Positions 37,543 to 49,445 are shown, numbered from the stretch's first letter. The stretch: DNA of 59,896 nt from an uncultured Johnsonella sp. (GCA_905373785.1 CAJPUK010000001.1:1-59896), one strand, 5' to 3'. Made by a program: numbers and translations. Notes: generated from the letters alone by a model not told the origin.

Positions 37543-40500
37543 TTAAGGTGTCTCTCTTAACCATACTCCGTTAGCATCTACAGGGAAACCGTCAGGTGTT
37601 GTGGTATTTACATAGAGAGAACCGTCTCCTGCAAGTAAGTACCAATTACCTTCTACTTCCTGCCATCCTGTCATCATAGATCCTGTTACCGGACTTAAGT
37701 AATACCATTTTCCGGCACTGAAGATCCATCCTTTGACCATGGCTCCGTAGCTTGAACCCTGAGTATCTGACATGTAGTACCAAAGACCCTTATCATCCTG
37801 TATCCATCCGGTTCTCATATTACCTTGAGCATCGAAGGCATATGTTGCAAGGCTTTGACTCTCGCCTGAACCGTAAACTATAGCTGCCCATGAATTCTTA
37901 AGCGGTTCTGCACTGTTTTTAAGTACAAAGTTCCAACTACCGTTTGAATTCTGTCTCCAGTCTCCTTCGGTTTCATTTCTATAGGTCTTATAGTTAATTC
38001 CGGCTACAGTTGCATTCTTAGCCTTAGGTCCGCCGCCGCCGGAGCTGCTTCCGCCGCTGCTTCCGCCGGAACCGGAGTTATTGATCTTGGCTTTAACATC
38101 TCTGACGAGTTGCTCAAGTTCAGCCTTCTTAGCAAGGAGTTCGGCAATAGTTGCCTGTACCTGACTTGGATCAGCCGGATTGGAAGTTTTATCTCTTAGG
38201 CTTTCAGCCGCTGCAATAGCCTGGTTTATTGCATCTCTATCAGCATTGTTTAACTTGCTGTTAGGTGCAAGACCTCTAAGTTCGTTAATAACTGTGTTAA
38301 GTTCAACAACCTTATCAGCTCTTGCCTCAGCCTGATCTATAAGATCATTAAGTTGCTGTCTCATAGCATCTATCTGAGCCTGTGTAGCGCTCGGATCTGT
38401 TAAAAGCAATGACGCTCTGTCTCTTAAGTCCTCTATAGCTTGCTTGTCATCCGCACTTACCGGCTTTGTAGTATCTGCAAGTAAGGTATTGGAAAGACCT
38501 ATTGAGTTGTTAAGTTCGGTTCTTGAATTACCTATTGTGAGCGAGTTGTTAGCTGCATCTATAGCTGCCTGTACTGTAGTATCCTTCATAGCAGTAAGTT
38601 CTGCCGCAGTGGATATAGGACCTACCTTATCAATTGCAGAACGAGCCGCTACCTTAGCAGCTGTAAGCTGTCCTCTGGCTGCTGTTGAGATATTTGGATT
38701 ATTAAGTAAAGCATCTATCTCTGTAATCTTAGCCTCCAGTGCATCTATTTCAGTTCTTCTTGTCTCATGATACTGATAATGAGTATAAAGAGTTATACTG
38801 TCCGTTACTGTAGTCGTAGGCAAGAACTTATGGTTATTATTTTGATTCTGATTATCATATACTTGATTTTTGTAAAGTCCTAGTAACTTAAACTTTCTTC
38901 CGTCAGTCGGTGCTGTATCAATAATCGCATCTGTATCAAATCCTATAGCTGTGTAAGTTGCCACATCTTCAAGAGCTGAACCCTCAGGTACTTCTACAGT
39001 ATGTTCTGTTGTTCTTGCAGGATCGGTTACAGGAAGATAAGATTTGGTATCTATTATCTTTACTGTATTCTTTTTCTTATAAGCCAGTATGTAAGTTTCT
39101 CCTGCATTAGGATTTACTCCTGTCATCATAAAGGTCTCATCTGCAAGGTCACTAAGTCCCAGAGGTGATACATCGGTTACCGTTCCGGCTGCCACTCTGT
39201 AAAGCTTGTAGTCGAATCCGCCTCTACTTGAAGGATCAAGCTTTGCATATACGTTCATAGCCGGTATATTACTGCTGCCATCCAGTGCCACTATTGTTGA
39301 GTTAAATCTCCTTGTAAAACTTACATCTACTGTAAAGGCAAATCTGATAAGATCAGGATCGCTTGACAGTGCCCTTATTGCATTAGATTCCGATGCAAGA
39401 ATATTACGAGTATTAAACTTCACTACATAGTTTACCTTCCTGCTTGATTCTCTACCGCTAATAACAGCCGGAGGATCATTTATATAATCATGATCTGTAC
39501 TTGTACTGTTTACGATAGTATTCTTATAACTGTTTATCTGTGCAGGATCTATACTGAACCTACCGTTCATAGGTGAGAAGGTTAAACTACTGTTATATTC
39601 GTCAATTGAAGGTGCTGTTGCACCCGCTACAGAACTATCATACTTATGAACCGCATTTATGATAACATCTGATGAAGGCATATCAAAAGCATACTCACGT
39701 CCTGCACTTGTTATACCTGTAACCGGACCTCCTAAGTTTAATTCCCAGTTATTGAACTTCCATCTGTTCGGATGAGTTACTTCATTATCTGCTGTGATTC
39801 GTACTCTATCCTTCTTTTGAAGTCTGTCATAACTTGTACTTCCCGGTGTGAATCCATCTGCAGCTCCAAGTGGAGTTCCGCTTCTTGTAATTGACTCTAT
39901 CTTAGCACCTGAACCCGTTACGGTTATTTTATAAGTAGCCGCTACGGCTATACCTGAAGTTGTATATGTAGGTGTACCGCTTTCAAGTATGGCAGGATCT
40001 GTGAAACTTGTAGTATCTCCTGAAGGTCTTGCCACCAATACATAGTTGGTATTAGCTGTCAAACCGGCAAATACAAGCTTACCATTATCAAGGGTCGGAT
40101 TAGCTTTAACTTCTCCGGTTGCAGAGTTGACTAAAGCATATTCTGTATTTGCAACCGGGCTACTAAGAGTTACTTTATCACTTTGTGACTGTATTTTACT
40201 TGTAGCTGCTACAGGTACGATTACTTCTGCCGGATCACTCTTTGGATTTACCGCTGAAATATTGCCCGTAGAGGTTGTATCGGTAGCTTCTACTTCATAA
40301 ACCTTATACTTTCTTCCTATGGCAAGAGGTGCAAACTTACCACCGGAAAGTGCTGTTCCTGCCTTGTTGTCAAGTATATTGCCTGCAACATCTGTAAGTA
40401 TATACCTTCTTCTGTCGCTTAAACCGCTTACTGTTATAGTTCCGGTTCCGTTATTCTCATCATTGCCTGCATCAAGACTTGGTGCTATGTATACACCCGG

Positions 40501-42732
40501 TCTCGGGTCTATACCCTTGAATACTGCAACATATGTAAATACTGTATTTTCTGCTACATCTGAATCGGATACCTTTCTTGTCGGATCAAATGCCCCGGTC
40601 AAGCCATGTGCCGGGTCATATGTTGTAACCCTTGTAGTGGCATTGCCATGTTCATCTGCAAGATACCAACCATCAAACTGATAATTAGGCTTCGGATTTA
40701 CATTGGTTCCTATAACCGGTGCAAATGAAGCAACGGTGTCATTTATATTCTTTGAAGGGAATACTCTTGTTCCGCTGATAACTCCACCGCTACCTGCTCT
40801 AAACTGTACTTTAGCCCACTTTGCAGGGTCTTTTTTGAACTTAATTACTAAGGTTGCATTACCGGTGGTGTTATCAGCTATACCACCATTAGCCTCGGCT
40901 TTTAGGTTTACCGGAGCTGTAAGCTCTGTATACTTTGTATCAGGATGTCCCTTCCAGTATACACAATCAAAAAGATAGTCCTGACCTGCCGGCGGAAGTG
41001 ATGTAGCCGGTGTACCTGCAGTACCTAAAACATCAGCCAAGGTATTGTTTATAGAAACATTGGCAGCATTTTTAGGATCTTTCTTAAGGGCTCTTTGACC
41101 CGGTAAAGTAAATCCTGTTGCTGAAACTCCTTCCTGCTCAAAGTTAACCTTTGTCCAGAAACTCGCCACTGAGGTTCTCTCTATATAGTTTACCTTGATA
41201 GTTCTTCCACCTGCAGGTTCGCTTGTAGTTACCTTATATACCAGCTTCTTTTCTACAGTACCGTCAGGTTTTACAACACCGGTTGGTACTATATCCTGTT
41301 TTGCAAAGTCTGTAGTACTTGGTCCCAAATCAACGTTTGGAGGATACACATATCCTTCTTGTACAGGCAGCACTAACTCATATTCAGTAGGCACTTGCTT
41401 TGAACCTGACTCACTTGTAGCAGTTGAGGTCAAAGCAGGCATTGCAACATTATGATTGTCTACAAAACTTACCGCTACCGGTCTTGTTACACTGGTATCT
41501 ACATTGTACTTGGCTCTGATTATAATATTGTGGTTCGGCATCTTAAAGCTGAAACTTTTATTTGTAGTGTTAAAGAACTCTGAAGTACGCATATCCGCAC
41601 CTTCAGCCTTACCATTTATATACTGTATTGAGTATACACCGCTTGTAGCAAGTGCATTCGGTCTAAGACCCGCAAGGTCGACCATGTCCGTTACAGAGCC
41701 TGTCTGTAATACATAAAGTGAATGCGTATCATTTGCCGGCTTTTCAGGAAGAGTACCGGTAACCTGTGCTCCTGCATTAAATTGGTAGGTTGTATCATCA
41801 TCAGGTTTAAGTAGACTTCCATCATTTGCATTTACATACTGTATTCTAACGGTAAACTTCTTAGCTGTATCTACTTCATACTCGTAATCAACAGTCAAAT
41901 CACGGTTAGGCATGATACCTGATACTTTCTGAGTGGTAGTATCAAGCTTAGCCAAATCATTTGTACCAAAATCAGCTGTATCATCCCAGTTTCTGTACTT
42001 GGAAGCACTGATAGCAGAGCCTCCGTTAGCATAAGCTTTAACCTTATATCCCGGAATATCTCTAGCCGGTGTAGCACTTATTTGTTCATTATCTTTTTGA
42101 TTTGCGGTTACTAATTTATCACTTGCCCAAGAATCGTACTTAAAAGGTATAATTCTGCTGTCATTATGATTAAGCACATTATTGCCCTTAGTTACAGTAC
42201 CTGACTTTACAAAGTAATGTCTTACCCTAAAAAAGTGCTTTCCTGTCTCGGTAGATGTACTCCACTTTGCTTTAAGGTATGTACCGTCGGTTTGAAAAGC
42301 ATAAGGAAGATGTTGATATTCTTCATCATTCTCATCAAACCAGCCGTCAAAATGAAAGCCCTTCCATGTAGCACTATTTGCACTATTATCATACTTCGGC
42401 ATTGCAGGTCTTGGTCCTACACCATGATTATCAATTCTACCCTCTTTCCACACTGTTGCATCGTTAAATGGCGCTGTATCAATCAGTCGGTTACCTGCAT
42501 TACCAGATACTAAGTATTGATTGTTTCCATTCTTAGCTATAGGAAATCCTGTATTATAGTTAGTACTAAATGACAAATCCGGTCCATTTGCTACATCAAA
42601 CATCAAATTTCCCGGACCTGCCGGTGTTGCTGCATACACCTCTTTACCGGTAAGTCCGGTCATCATGCTCGAAAGCATGATGACTGAAAGTCCGGCAGAG
42701 ATTATTCTTTTGCTTTTTTGCAATAATCTCAT
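37543..42732 (-). CDS. Giant surface protein, shaft-only type (~1729 aa)
   Basis: Same domain order as 24177-28721 with additional helical FIVAR/GA-like repeats; GGAGGAG RBS before ATG 42732. Confidence 0.85.
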   Translation of the reverse strand: MRLLQKSKRIISAGLSVIMLSSMMTGLTGKEVYAATPAGPGNLMFDVANGPDLSFSTNYNTGFPIAKNGNNQYLVSGNAGNRLIDTAPFNDATVWKEGRIDNHGVGPRPAMPKYDNSANSATWKGFHFDGWFDENDEEYQHLPYAFQTDGTYLKAKWSTSTETGKHFFRVRHYFVKSGTVTKGNNVLNHNDSRIIPFKYDSWASDKLVTANQKDNEQISATPARDIPGYKVKAYANGGSAISASKYRNWDDTADFGTNDLAKLDTTTQKVSGIMPNRDLTVDYEYEVDTAKKFTVRIQYVNANDGSLLKPDDDTTYQFNAGAQVTGTLPEKPANDTHSLYVLQTGSVTDMVDLAGLRPNALATSGVYSIQYINGKAEGADMRTSEFFNTTNKSFSFKMPNHNIIIRAKYNVDTSVTRPVAVSFVDNHNVAMPALTSTATSESGSKQVPTEYELVLPVQEGYVYPPNVDLGPSTTDFAKQDIVPTGVVKPDGTVEKKLVYKVTTSEPAGGRTIKVNYIERTSVASFWTKVNFEQEGVSATGFTLPGQRALKKDPKNAANVSINNTLADVLGTAGTPATSLPPAGQDYLFDCVYWKGHPDTKYTELTAPVNLKAEANGGIADNTTGNATLVIKFKKDPAKWAKVQFRAGSGGVISGTRVFPSKNINDTVASFAPVIGTNVNPKPNYQFDGWYLADEHGNATTRVTTYDPAHGLTGAFDPTRKVSDSDVAENTVFTYVAVFKGIDPRPGVYIAPSLDAGNDENNGTGTITVSGLSDRRRYILTDVAGNILDNKAGTALSGGKFAPLAIGRKYKVYEVEATDTTSTGNISAVNPKSDPAEVIVPVAATSKIQSQSDKVTLSSPVANTEYALVNSATGEVKANPTLDNGKLVFAGLTANTNYVLVARPSGDTTSFTDPAILESGTPTYTTSGIAVAATYKITVTGSGAKIESITRSGTPLGAADGFTPGSTSYDRLQKKDRVRITADNEVTHPNRWKFNNWELNLGGPVTGITSAGREYAFDMPSSDVIINAVHKYDSSVAGATAPSIDEYNSSLTFSPMNGRFSIDPAQINSYKNTIVNSTSTDHDYINDPPAVISGRESSRKVNYVVKFNTRNILASESNAIRALSSDPDLIRFAFTVDVSFTRRFNSTIVALDGSSNIPAMNVYAKLDPSSRGGFDYKLYRVAAGTVTDVSPLGLSDLADETFMMTGVNPNAGETYILAYKKKNTVKIIDTKSYLPVTDPARTTEHTVEVPEGSALEDVATYTAIGFDTDAIIDTAPTDGRKFKLLGLYKNQVYDNQNQNNNHKFLPTTTVTDSITLYTHYQYHETRRTEIDALEAKITEIDALLNNPNISTAARGQLTAAKVAARSAIDKVGPISTAAELTAMKDTTVQAAIDAANNSLTIGNSRTELNNSIGLSNTLLADTTKPVSADDKQAIEDLRDRASLLLTDPSATQAQIDAMRQQLNDLIDQAEARADKVVELNTVINELRGLAPNSKLNNADRDAINQAIAAAESLRDKTSNPADPSQVQATIAELLAKKAELEQLVRDVKAKINNSGSGGSSGGSSSGGGGPKAKNATVAGINYKTYRNETEGDWRQNSNGSWNFVLKNSAEPLKNSWAAIVYGSGESQSLATYAFDAQGNMRTGWIQDDKGLWYYMSDTQGSSYGAMVKGWIFSAGKWYYLSPVTGSMMTGWQEVEGNWYLLAGDGSLYVNTTTPDGFPVDANGVWLRETP

Positions 42733-42745
42733 TATCACTCCTCCT

Positions 42746-45700
42746 TTAATTTATCAATGCACCGTCTGCTCCGACTTTATATCCGTCAGGAGTAGTTGTG
42801 TTAACATACATTGATCCCATTGGTTTCACTCCGTTATCAAGGTAATTCCACTGCTCTGCCTTAGCATCGTATGCATAGGTTTGAGCTGAAGCCTGGGTTG
42901 CAAAGTAGTACCATTTACCTGCTACTTCTACCCAACCGGTTCTCATCATTCCTGTATCAGGATCGAGATAATACCAATTCTTATCAGTATCGTTGTATAC
43001 CCAACCGGTCTTCATCTTACCTTGGAAACCGTCTTTATCTGTGTTGCAATAGTACCAATTACCCTTCTCATCCTGGAACCAACCTGTATCCATCAGTCCG
43101 TATGAGTTAAAGTGGTACCAACCGTCAGCTGAACGATCACCTGTGGAGTACTCTAACCTGCCCCACTTGCTTGTCAGTCTGATGCCTCCTGTAAGCACAA
43201 AGCTCCATCTTCCGTCTGCATGCTGCTCCCAGTTTCCGTTGCCGCCTACAGAGTAGGTCTTCGGTGCTGTAGGTATGAATGGCTTATCAGCAGTTCCTCT
43301 TCCGGTTCCGCCGCCGCCGCCGCTGCTTCCGCCGCTGCTTCTACTGCTTACTGTACCGGCATATCCTTCATATCTGGGATTAAGCTGTTGCTGGAAGAAT
43401 CTTTCAGCAAGTGCCGGCACTCTCTTTACTCTTTGCTTTGTTGCAGGATCTGTAACAGTAAATGACTCATATCTCTTGATAGCATCTATCTCTCTTAAGT
43501 TAGGCTTTCTCTTCATTAACTTATCGGCAACTGCCGGTGGCAATGTAGCTGCTATCTCATCAAGCTGTGCCTCCGTCATAGTTGCATATTTTTCAAAATC
43601 AGCCTTGAGTGCCGCATCAGCCGGATTAGTACTGTTAAGTATTGAAAGCATACCCGGTCTTGCAGCTATATTCTTAAGAGTAGCGATTCCTGCCTTCATA
43701 TCTGAGAACTCGCCTCTCTTTAAGAAGTTATCATTTCCGAGATTTACAAGTCTGTTTATTAAACCGTCCAAATCTCCTGACGCCTGCTGAACTTGTTCGC
43801 TATCATCATCATAAGCTGCATATACTACAGTCTTCTTTTGTATAGGTGACGCCGGGTCATATGCTCTGTATCCTGCCTTACCTACGGCTAAAGTATCTGT
43901 ATAGCTCCAACCGTTGCCTCTCTTGGTATATGTTATACCAAGTCTTTCATACGGGCTGAGTATAGGAGATTCGTTCATCCAATCTGTAAATGCATCATTA
44001 GAATCCGAACCTCTTCTTATCTTAACGGTATGAAGTTTGTGTGCAGGATTCTGGCTTGCTGTAGGATAGAAATCTACATGGTTGTTAACAAAGCTCAACT
44101 TAAATGCCTTATTGTATACAAGTACATATGAATGTCCTACTCTTGCCTGGAAGGTAAAGAGTCCGCTAATTCCGTTTCCTTCTGCAGGATTTCTGCTCAT
44201 AGCAACCTCTCCGACCACATTGCCGATAGTGTCGTCTATCTCATATAACTTGTAATCAAGCATATCTATATCCTTGTCATCAAGCTGTACATAGCTTGTA
44301 AGTGTACCCGGATAGTTTGAAGGATGTCCACTTGGAAGTTCAACCCTTCTTCCGTTTACATATCTTTCAATATTTACACCTATCTGCCATGCCGCTGTGA
44401 AAGCTTCAGGAGCAGCCGGTGTATAGATTGCCTGAATTGCATCGGATGCTGTAGCTGTAGCAGCTGACTTTTTGTAGATCACCTTATAAGTTACATCTAC
44501 ATGGTTTGTATCCATAAGCACTCTGTCTTCAGCTGTAGTTAAGTTATTCTGAAGTGCTTCAATACCTTCCGGATCAAGTGCTATCTGCTTAGAACTTCCG
44601 CCTCTTACCTCATCCTGTACATTAGCAAGACTTGGAATAGTTGGTTGCACATTGTAGACAGCTGATATTACAAGGTTAGCCTTTCTTATAGTTATATCAA
44701 GGTTCCTTTGTTGTGCAGCAGTACCTATAACTTCCGTAGCTGCACCTATAGTGACTTTCCACTCCTTAAAGGTATTGCCTTGAGCATCGGTTGCCGGTGC
44801 TAAAAGACTTACTCTATCACCTTCATGAAGCTCTTCATAAATATCTGTAGGAGATGAAAGTATATTGTTACCGTCTCTTGTTACAGACTGTATAGCCATA
44901 CCCGCTTTTCTGGTTTCTAAGATATAGGTAGGTACTTCCAATTCTGAACCCGGATCTGAGTTGAACTTGGAACCTCCGTCTATCCTATCCGCTACGCTGG
45001 CATTAGATCCTGCAGGTCTTGTAATTACTGTAAAGTTCTTACCAACCGGAAGGTTACTGAAAGTTACTGTCGCAGGATTGCCTCCTGTAGGTGTCTGCCA
45101 TCCGTTAGGTGCCTCAGGTGCTATAGTAACAAGGTTACCCGCATCATCTACTAAAGCATACTCCAGTGTCGGATCGGCAGGGTTAATAGTTATCTTGGTC
45201 TTTCCGTCATTATTAGGATCAGGTGTTACAGTATAGTTATTATCAAGTACAGGTACCGTAACCTTTGTCGGAGCTGATTTCTCTCCTGCCGGCACACTGT
45301 TTATTGATGCACCTGCTGCAATAGTTACAGATTCACTGACTTCATACACTTTATACTGTGTTCCTGCCTGTAAGTTATCGAACACTACTGTGTTCTCCAA
45401 AGCATTGCCCGGCTTAACATTAACTACATTGCCGTCCTTATCGGTTAATACATACTTGTATCCCGGCTTGGTATCATATACGGTTACTCTACCTCTACCA
45501 TTAGGAAGCAGACTTCCCTCTGCCTGTTTTGCACTTGGAGCAAGTCCGAATACCGAAGGATCAGGCTTTACCTCAAGCTTATAGGTCATACCGTTTTGAA
45601 CATTATCGGTTAATGCCACCGCATTACCGAACATGTACCAACCGTCATAGAGATAGTTAGGCTCTATGTCATAAGTAAGACCTGATGCTGCTATAACCTG

Positions 45701-48700
45701 AGCAAGTGTCTCTGTAGCTCTTGTGTTAACAGTATCAACACCTGCAGTCTTATTTATATGGTCACCGATGTCTAATGTTACATTAAACCATGCTCCCGGA
45801 GTCTTGATTACATTAGGGAGTACAGTTACATCATTGCTAAAATTACTACTGTCTTCCAGCAGGTTCTCATCACTGTCCTTCTTGCCATTGTTATTGGCAT
45901 CTATAAACCAACCGTCATGTACAAAATATGTATTATCTGCAAGTGTAACCTCAGGTACAAGGTTCATATCCTTAATGTTTTCCCAGGTATAACTTCTTGC
46001 ATCACCTGCCATAAGTACATCTACGTAAAGCTCGCCACCGTTTGTTACAAGATCGGCAGGTCTTCCTAAACCACGACCTAATGTAGCTCCCTCTACCGGC
46101 TTATAAGTGATTCTCTTCCACTTTGAAGCATCTCTTGAATAAGTATAGGTTACATTTATATCACCGCCTATAGGCATAAGACCTTTAAAATGATAGTCTG
46201 TATCAAAGTACGGTGAGGCTGAGGTATTGGACTTTGTCATACTATGCGGTGTAGTATTATAACCATATATATTCATATATGTAGTTATGTCCTGAGTCTC
46301 TATAGGCTGACCTGCCGATACCGCTGATACATTAGGATTATCAATATCTGTATTGTTGCTATCCTTAAGATTTGCTATTCTCTTAAGATTAGGATCCTGT
46401 GCATCATTATCTATATAACTTACATTAAGATTCTGACCTGAACCGGTTGCATTGTACTTAAATACCAATGTAACATCTTGGTTCGGCATCTTTCCAATAT
46501 ACGCATTCTGACTTGAATCATAAGCACCCTCTACAGCTCTTATGTATGTTCCTGGTAATCCGGGATTACCTCCCTGCTCTACTTCAACAGCCTCGGTAAA
46601 GGTAAGTCCTGCAACTGCTGAGCCTGTAAGAGGAGCTGCTCCTACTGATGCATTAATATCATCCTCAGCTGCCAGCTGTATAGTATTGATACCTATTTGA
46701 ACATTATCGGAAGTTCTTATATGCTTAACAGTTAAAGTCTTCTTAGCTGAAGGTGATGTATCAGGCACGTACCTAAAGTTTACATCAAGATCCTGGCTGG
46801 GCATATCTCCTGTATACTTACCGGTTCCGGCATTAAAACTTCCTATTCCTGTAGGAGTTGTATTACTTGTTGCTACATCCAGCAAATAGCCGGGTATAGA
46901 CAACTTATCAAAACTTAAATCATCTTCTACAGGATGTGGAGATTTTACAGGATCTGTAAACTCTATCGTTCCTGCTGCATTCTTATGAGTTACTTTAAGC
47001 TGAGATACAACATCAGGATCAACTTCCCATATAGCCTTGTAAGTTACTTCATCATCTGTAGGAAGACCTGCGGTCTGCCCCTTAGGGAATTTTTCTGGTA
47101 GTTCTCCGCCTGGCTGTATCTCACCTCCACTACTATTTGGTGTAGGATCCCAATTCTTCAATCTGTAACCATATTTGGTTACTGTCGGAAGGGTTCTGTT
47201 AGGATTATCACTAAGCTGTTTTCCTGATCTAGGAGCTATAGTAGCCGGGGTTCCACCATTAACATCAAACTTTATGGTAGAAGTCTTTCTTTCAAATCTA
47301 TAAGTTACAGTGACATCATTATTAGGCATGGTTCCCGTAAGCTTATATCCGTCTGCTTGCGGAACTGTAAGTGTGCCGCCACCGCCATCTATAATAGCAT
47401 CTTTAAATGTATACTTGGCACCTGCCGGCATAGCAGGAGGAAGTATGTTATCGGTAGTTACTGTAGCACCGTTCTCATATGACACCGGAGCAGGATTTGC
47501 TACAGGATTAGTTGTACCATCCCATAGTTGTGGCTCCAAGCTACCACCATCAGGAAACTCTACCAATTCAAAGTTTACTAACTTTCCTGCTTTTCTTACA
47601 ACCACCTTTTTCTTATTATTTGTAGTTGCACCCTGAACCTGTCCGTCAAAGTTATAACGTCCGCTTTCCAGTGTAAGTCCTGCTGCGTTAACCGTAGCCT
47701 CTTCATCAAAGCTGAAGTTTGCAAGGAAGGCAGGCACATCTGCAACACTACTCTCATAGCTTGCTGAAGGTTCAGCTACTATAATTTCCTGTGCCGGTGA
47801 ATTAATAGTAGTACCTACTGAAGCTGTAGGAACACCCTTTACAGTCACCTTGATATCAGCTGACGCTCCGGAATCATTATCAACTAACGGTCCTCCAACT
47901 TCTATTTTCTTACCTGCTGTAATAACCACGTTGAGTTCCTTACCACCATCATCTGTATTACCCTTAATCTCAACAGCATTTTTAACTGCAACTCTATTTA
48001 CATTATGACATACAGCGCCACCGGTCTTTGAAACGTTACCTGTGATTTTACCATAGTTCATTTCAAGTTCACACCCGGAAGCCATGTTTATTGCACTACC
48101 CTTGTTATCTGAAGTAACTTTATTATTTTGTAAAGTTGTTCCGCTTTGTATAAACACCTTGGCATTTCCGCTGGCTTCTATAAGTGCAGAATCGTTACCT
48201 GTAGCAGCACCTTTATTACCGTCTAAAATTATATTAGAAAGACGAAGACCACCTTGTACATTGAACAAAGGTTGATTATAACTTACACCTCTCTTTAAGG
48301 TTACATAGGTTCCCGGACTGACAGCAGCACCTGTATGATCGTAGTCGGCTGATTGTATAACTACAGTCTTACCTGCCGGTATATCCGGCATATGTTTATC
48401 TGCATCAGAAGTAAAGTCAGGATAATCTTGTATAAAGATATATCCCATTGAGCCGCCTATCTTACTAAAAGCATATGCTAAAGTTTTATATGGATGATCA
48501 GGTTCACCCGTACCTGTGGAATCATCATGTCCATGCAGGTAGCTTACATATAGTGAAGTACCTCTGGTTGCGAAAGCTACCTTTTTAACAACTTTTTGAT
48601 AAGCTCCCAAATTTATTTCCCATGAATAGTTAAGTCCGGAGTCACCCAGTCTACCACCATATGAATCTACAGAACTGTTAAATATGTTGCCTGTTAAACC

Positions 48701-49432
48701 ATCTTGTTGAAATAAATACCCCGATCTTGGAGAGTAGTTACACATATAGGTTTTAAAATCTCCGCCACCGGGAAATCCTAAGTTGGTTGCCTTATATGTA
48801 TTTTCTATACCCTGAGTGGGGTCATTGGTAACAAGTTCAAAGACCTCTTTACCGGCATTTCTGTTCTGCATTCTTATGCTGTTATTAGATCTGTATAACC
48901 AGGCAAAATCATCATCGCCTATCATAACATCCGCACCGCTACCAATTCTTACCACGTGTGGAGTAGCTGATCTATTGTAAGTAGTATACTCTACTACTAT
49001 CAACTTTTCATTTTTACTCGGATAAATCCTCATCCTAAGCTCTACATCACCATCTACTTTAACCTCACCATTTTGATATGGAAAACTTTGAGCTCCGCCA
49101 GAGCTGTCATTTCCATCAATCTTATAATTAGTTTGATAAGTTCCCCAGCCATAAATAGCCTGTACATTTGTAGAATAGTTTGCCGTATATGGGTCTGCAC
49201 TTCCGATTAATGTAGGGTCTTTAATACCTGCAATCCTATAATTTCCATTGCCACTCCACTCATAAGCCGACACCGTACCGCCATTATTAGTATCTGTGTC
49301 AATTTTAGGCGTAAGCTCTGTACTCGCCTTAGCTTCCATCCCTCCCACAGCGGGAAGTCCGCTTAGGGACAGCGCAGCTGCAAGGGTCAGAGCTAAGAAT
49401 CTCTTTCCTTTTTGAAACAATTTTTTCATCAT
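42746..49432 (-). CDS. Giant surface protein, head + beta-helix + shaft type (~2228 aa)
   Basis: True start MMKKLFQK (AGGAG RBS); collinear with 28739-35464 (IVVEYTTYN vs VIIEYTVHN, INPADP..YAL.D, ERYV.GR, IDMLDY). Confidence 0.85.
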   Translation of the reverse strand: MMKKLFQKGKRFLALTLAAALSLSGLPAVGGMEAKASTELTPKIDTDTNNGGTVSAYEWSGNGNYRIAGIKDPTLIGSADPYTANYSTNVQAIYGWGTYQTNYKIDGNDSSGGAQSFPYQNGEVKVDGDVELRMRIYPSKNEKLIVVEYTTYNRSATPHVVRIGSGADVMIGDDDFAWLYRSNNSIRMQNRNAGKEVFELVTNDPTQGIENTYKATNLGFPGGGDFKTYMCNYSPRSGYLFQQDGLTGNIFNSSVDSYGGRLGDSGLNYSWEINLGAYQKVVKKVAFATRGTSLYVSYLHGHDDSTGTGEPDHPYKTLAYAFSKIGGSMGYIFIQDYPDFTSDADKHMPDIPAGKTVVIQSADYDHTGAAVSPGTYVTLKRGVSYNQPLFNVQGGLRLSNIILDGNKGAATGNDSALIEASGNAKVFIQSGTTLQNNKVTSDNKGSAINMASGCELEMNYGKITGNVSKTGGAVCHNVNRVAVKNAVEIKGNTDDGGKELNVVITAGKKIEVGGPLVDNDSGASADIKVTVKGVPTASVGTTINSPAQEIIVAEPSASYESSVADVPAFLANFSFDEEATVNAAGLTLESGRYNFDGQVQGATTNNKKKVVVRKAGKLVNFELVEFPDGGSLEPQLWDGTTNPVANPAPVSYENGATVTTDNILPPAMPAGAKYTFKDAIIDGGGGTLTVPQADGYKLTGTMPNNDVTVTYRFERKTSTIKFDVNGGTPATIAPRSGKQLSDNPNRTLPTVTKYGYRLKNWDPTPNSSGGEIQPGGELPEKFPKGQTAGLPTDDEVTYKAIWEVDPDVVSQLKVTHKNAAGTIEFTDPVKSPHPVEDDLSFDKLSIPGYLLDVATSNTTPTGIGSFNAGTGKYTGDMPSQDLDVNFRYVPDTSPSAKKTLTVKHIRTSDNVQIGINTIQLAAEDDINASVGAAPLTGSAVAGLTFTEAVEVEQGGNPGLPGTYIRAVEGAYDSSQNAYIGKMPNQDVTLVFKYNATGSGQNLNVSYIDNDAQDPNLKRIANLKDSNNTDIDNPNVSAVSAGQPIETQDITTYMNIYGYNTTPHSMTKSNTSASPYFDTDYHFKGLMPIGGDINVTYTYSRDASKWKRITYKPVEGATLGRGLGRPADLVTNGGELYVDVLMAGDARSYTWENIKDMNLVPEVTLADNTYFVHDGWFIDANNNGKKDSDENLLEDSSNFSNDVTVLPNVIKTPGAWFNVTLDIGDHINKTAGVDTVNTRATETLAQVIAASGLTYDIEPNYLYDGWYMFGNAVALTDNVQNGMTYKLEVKPDPSVFGLAPSAKQAEGSLLPNGRGRVTVYDTKPGYKYVLTDKDGNVVNVKPGNALENTVVFDNLQAGTQYKVYEVSESVTIAAGASINSVPAGEKSAPTKVTVPVLDNNYTVTPDPNNDGKTKITINPADPTLEYALVDDAGNLVTIAPEAPNGWQTPTGGNPATVTFSNLPVGKNFTVITRPAGSNASVADRIDGGSKFNSDPGSELEVPTYILETRKAGMAIQSVTRDGNNILSSPTDIYEELHEGDRVSLLAPATDAQGNTFKEWKVTIGAATEVIGTAAQQRNLDITIRKANLVISAVYNVQPTIPSLANVQDEVRGGSSKQIALDPEGIEALQNNLTTAEDRVLMDTNHVDVTYKVIYKKSAATATASDAIQAIYTPAAPEAFTAAWQIGVNIERYVNGRRVELPSGHPSNYPGTLTSYVQLDDKDIDMLDYKLYEIDDTIGNVVGEVAMSRNPAEGNGISGLFTFQARVGHSYVLVYNKAFKLSFVNNHVDFYPTASQNPAHKLHTVKIRRGSDSNDAFTDWMNESPILSPYERLGITYTKRGNGWSYTDTLAVGKAGYRAYDPASPIQKKTVVYAAYDDDSEQVQQASGDLDGLINRLVNLGNDNFLKRGEFSDMKAGIATLKNIAARPGMLSILNSTNPADAALKADFEKYATMTEAQLDEIAATLPPAVADKLMKRKPNLREIDAIKRYESFTVTDPATKQRVKRVPALAERFFQQQLNPRYEGYAGTVSSRSSGGSSGGGGGTGRGTADKPFIPTAPKTYSVGGNGNWEQHADGRWSFVLTGGIRLTSKWGRLEYSTGDRSADGWYHFNSYGLMDTGWFQDEKGNWYYCNTDKDGFQGKMKTGWVYNDTDKNWYYLDPDTGMMRTGWVEVAGKWYYFATQASAQTYAYDAKAEQWNYLDNGVKPMGSMYVNTTTPDGYKVGADGALIN

Positions 49433-49445
49433 ATCACTCCTATCT

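Noticed and set aside
24177..49432. Giant genes as DGR targets, shufflon or contractile/phage tail genes
   Set aside because: No reverse transcriptase, recombinase, near-identical template/variable repeats or phage structural genes seen; signal peptides and cell-wall-binding repeats indicate Sec-exported surface proteins
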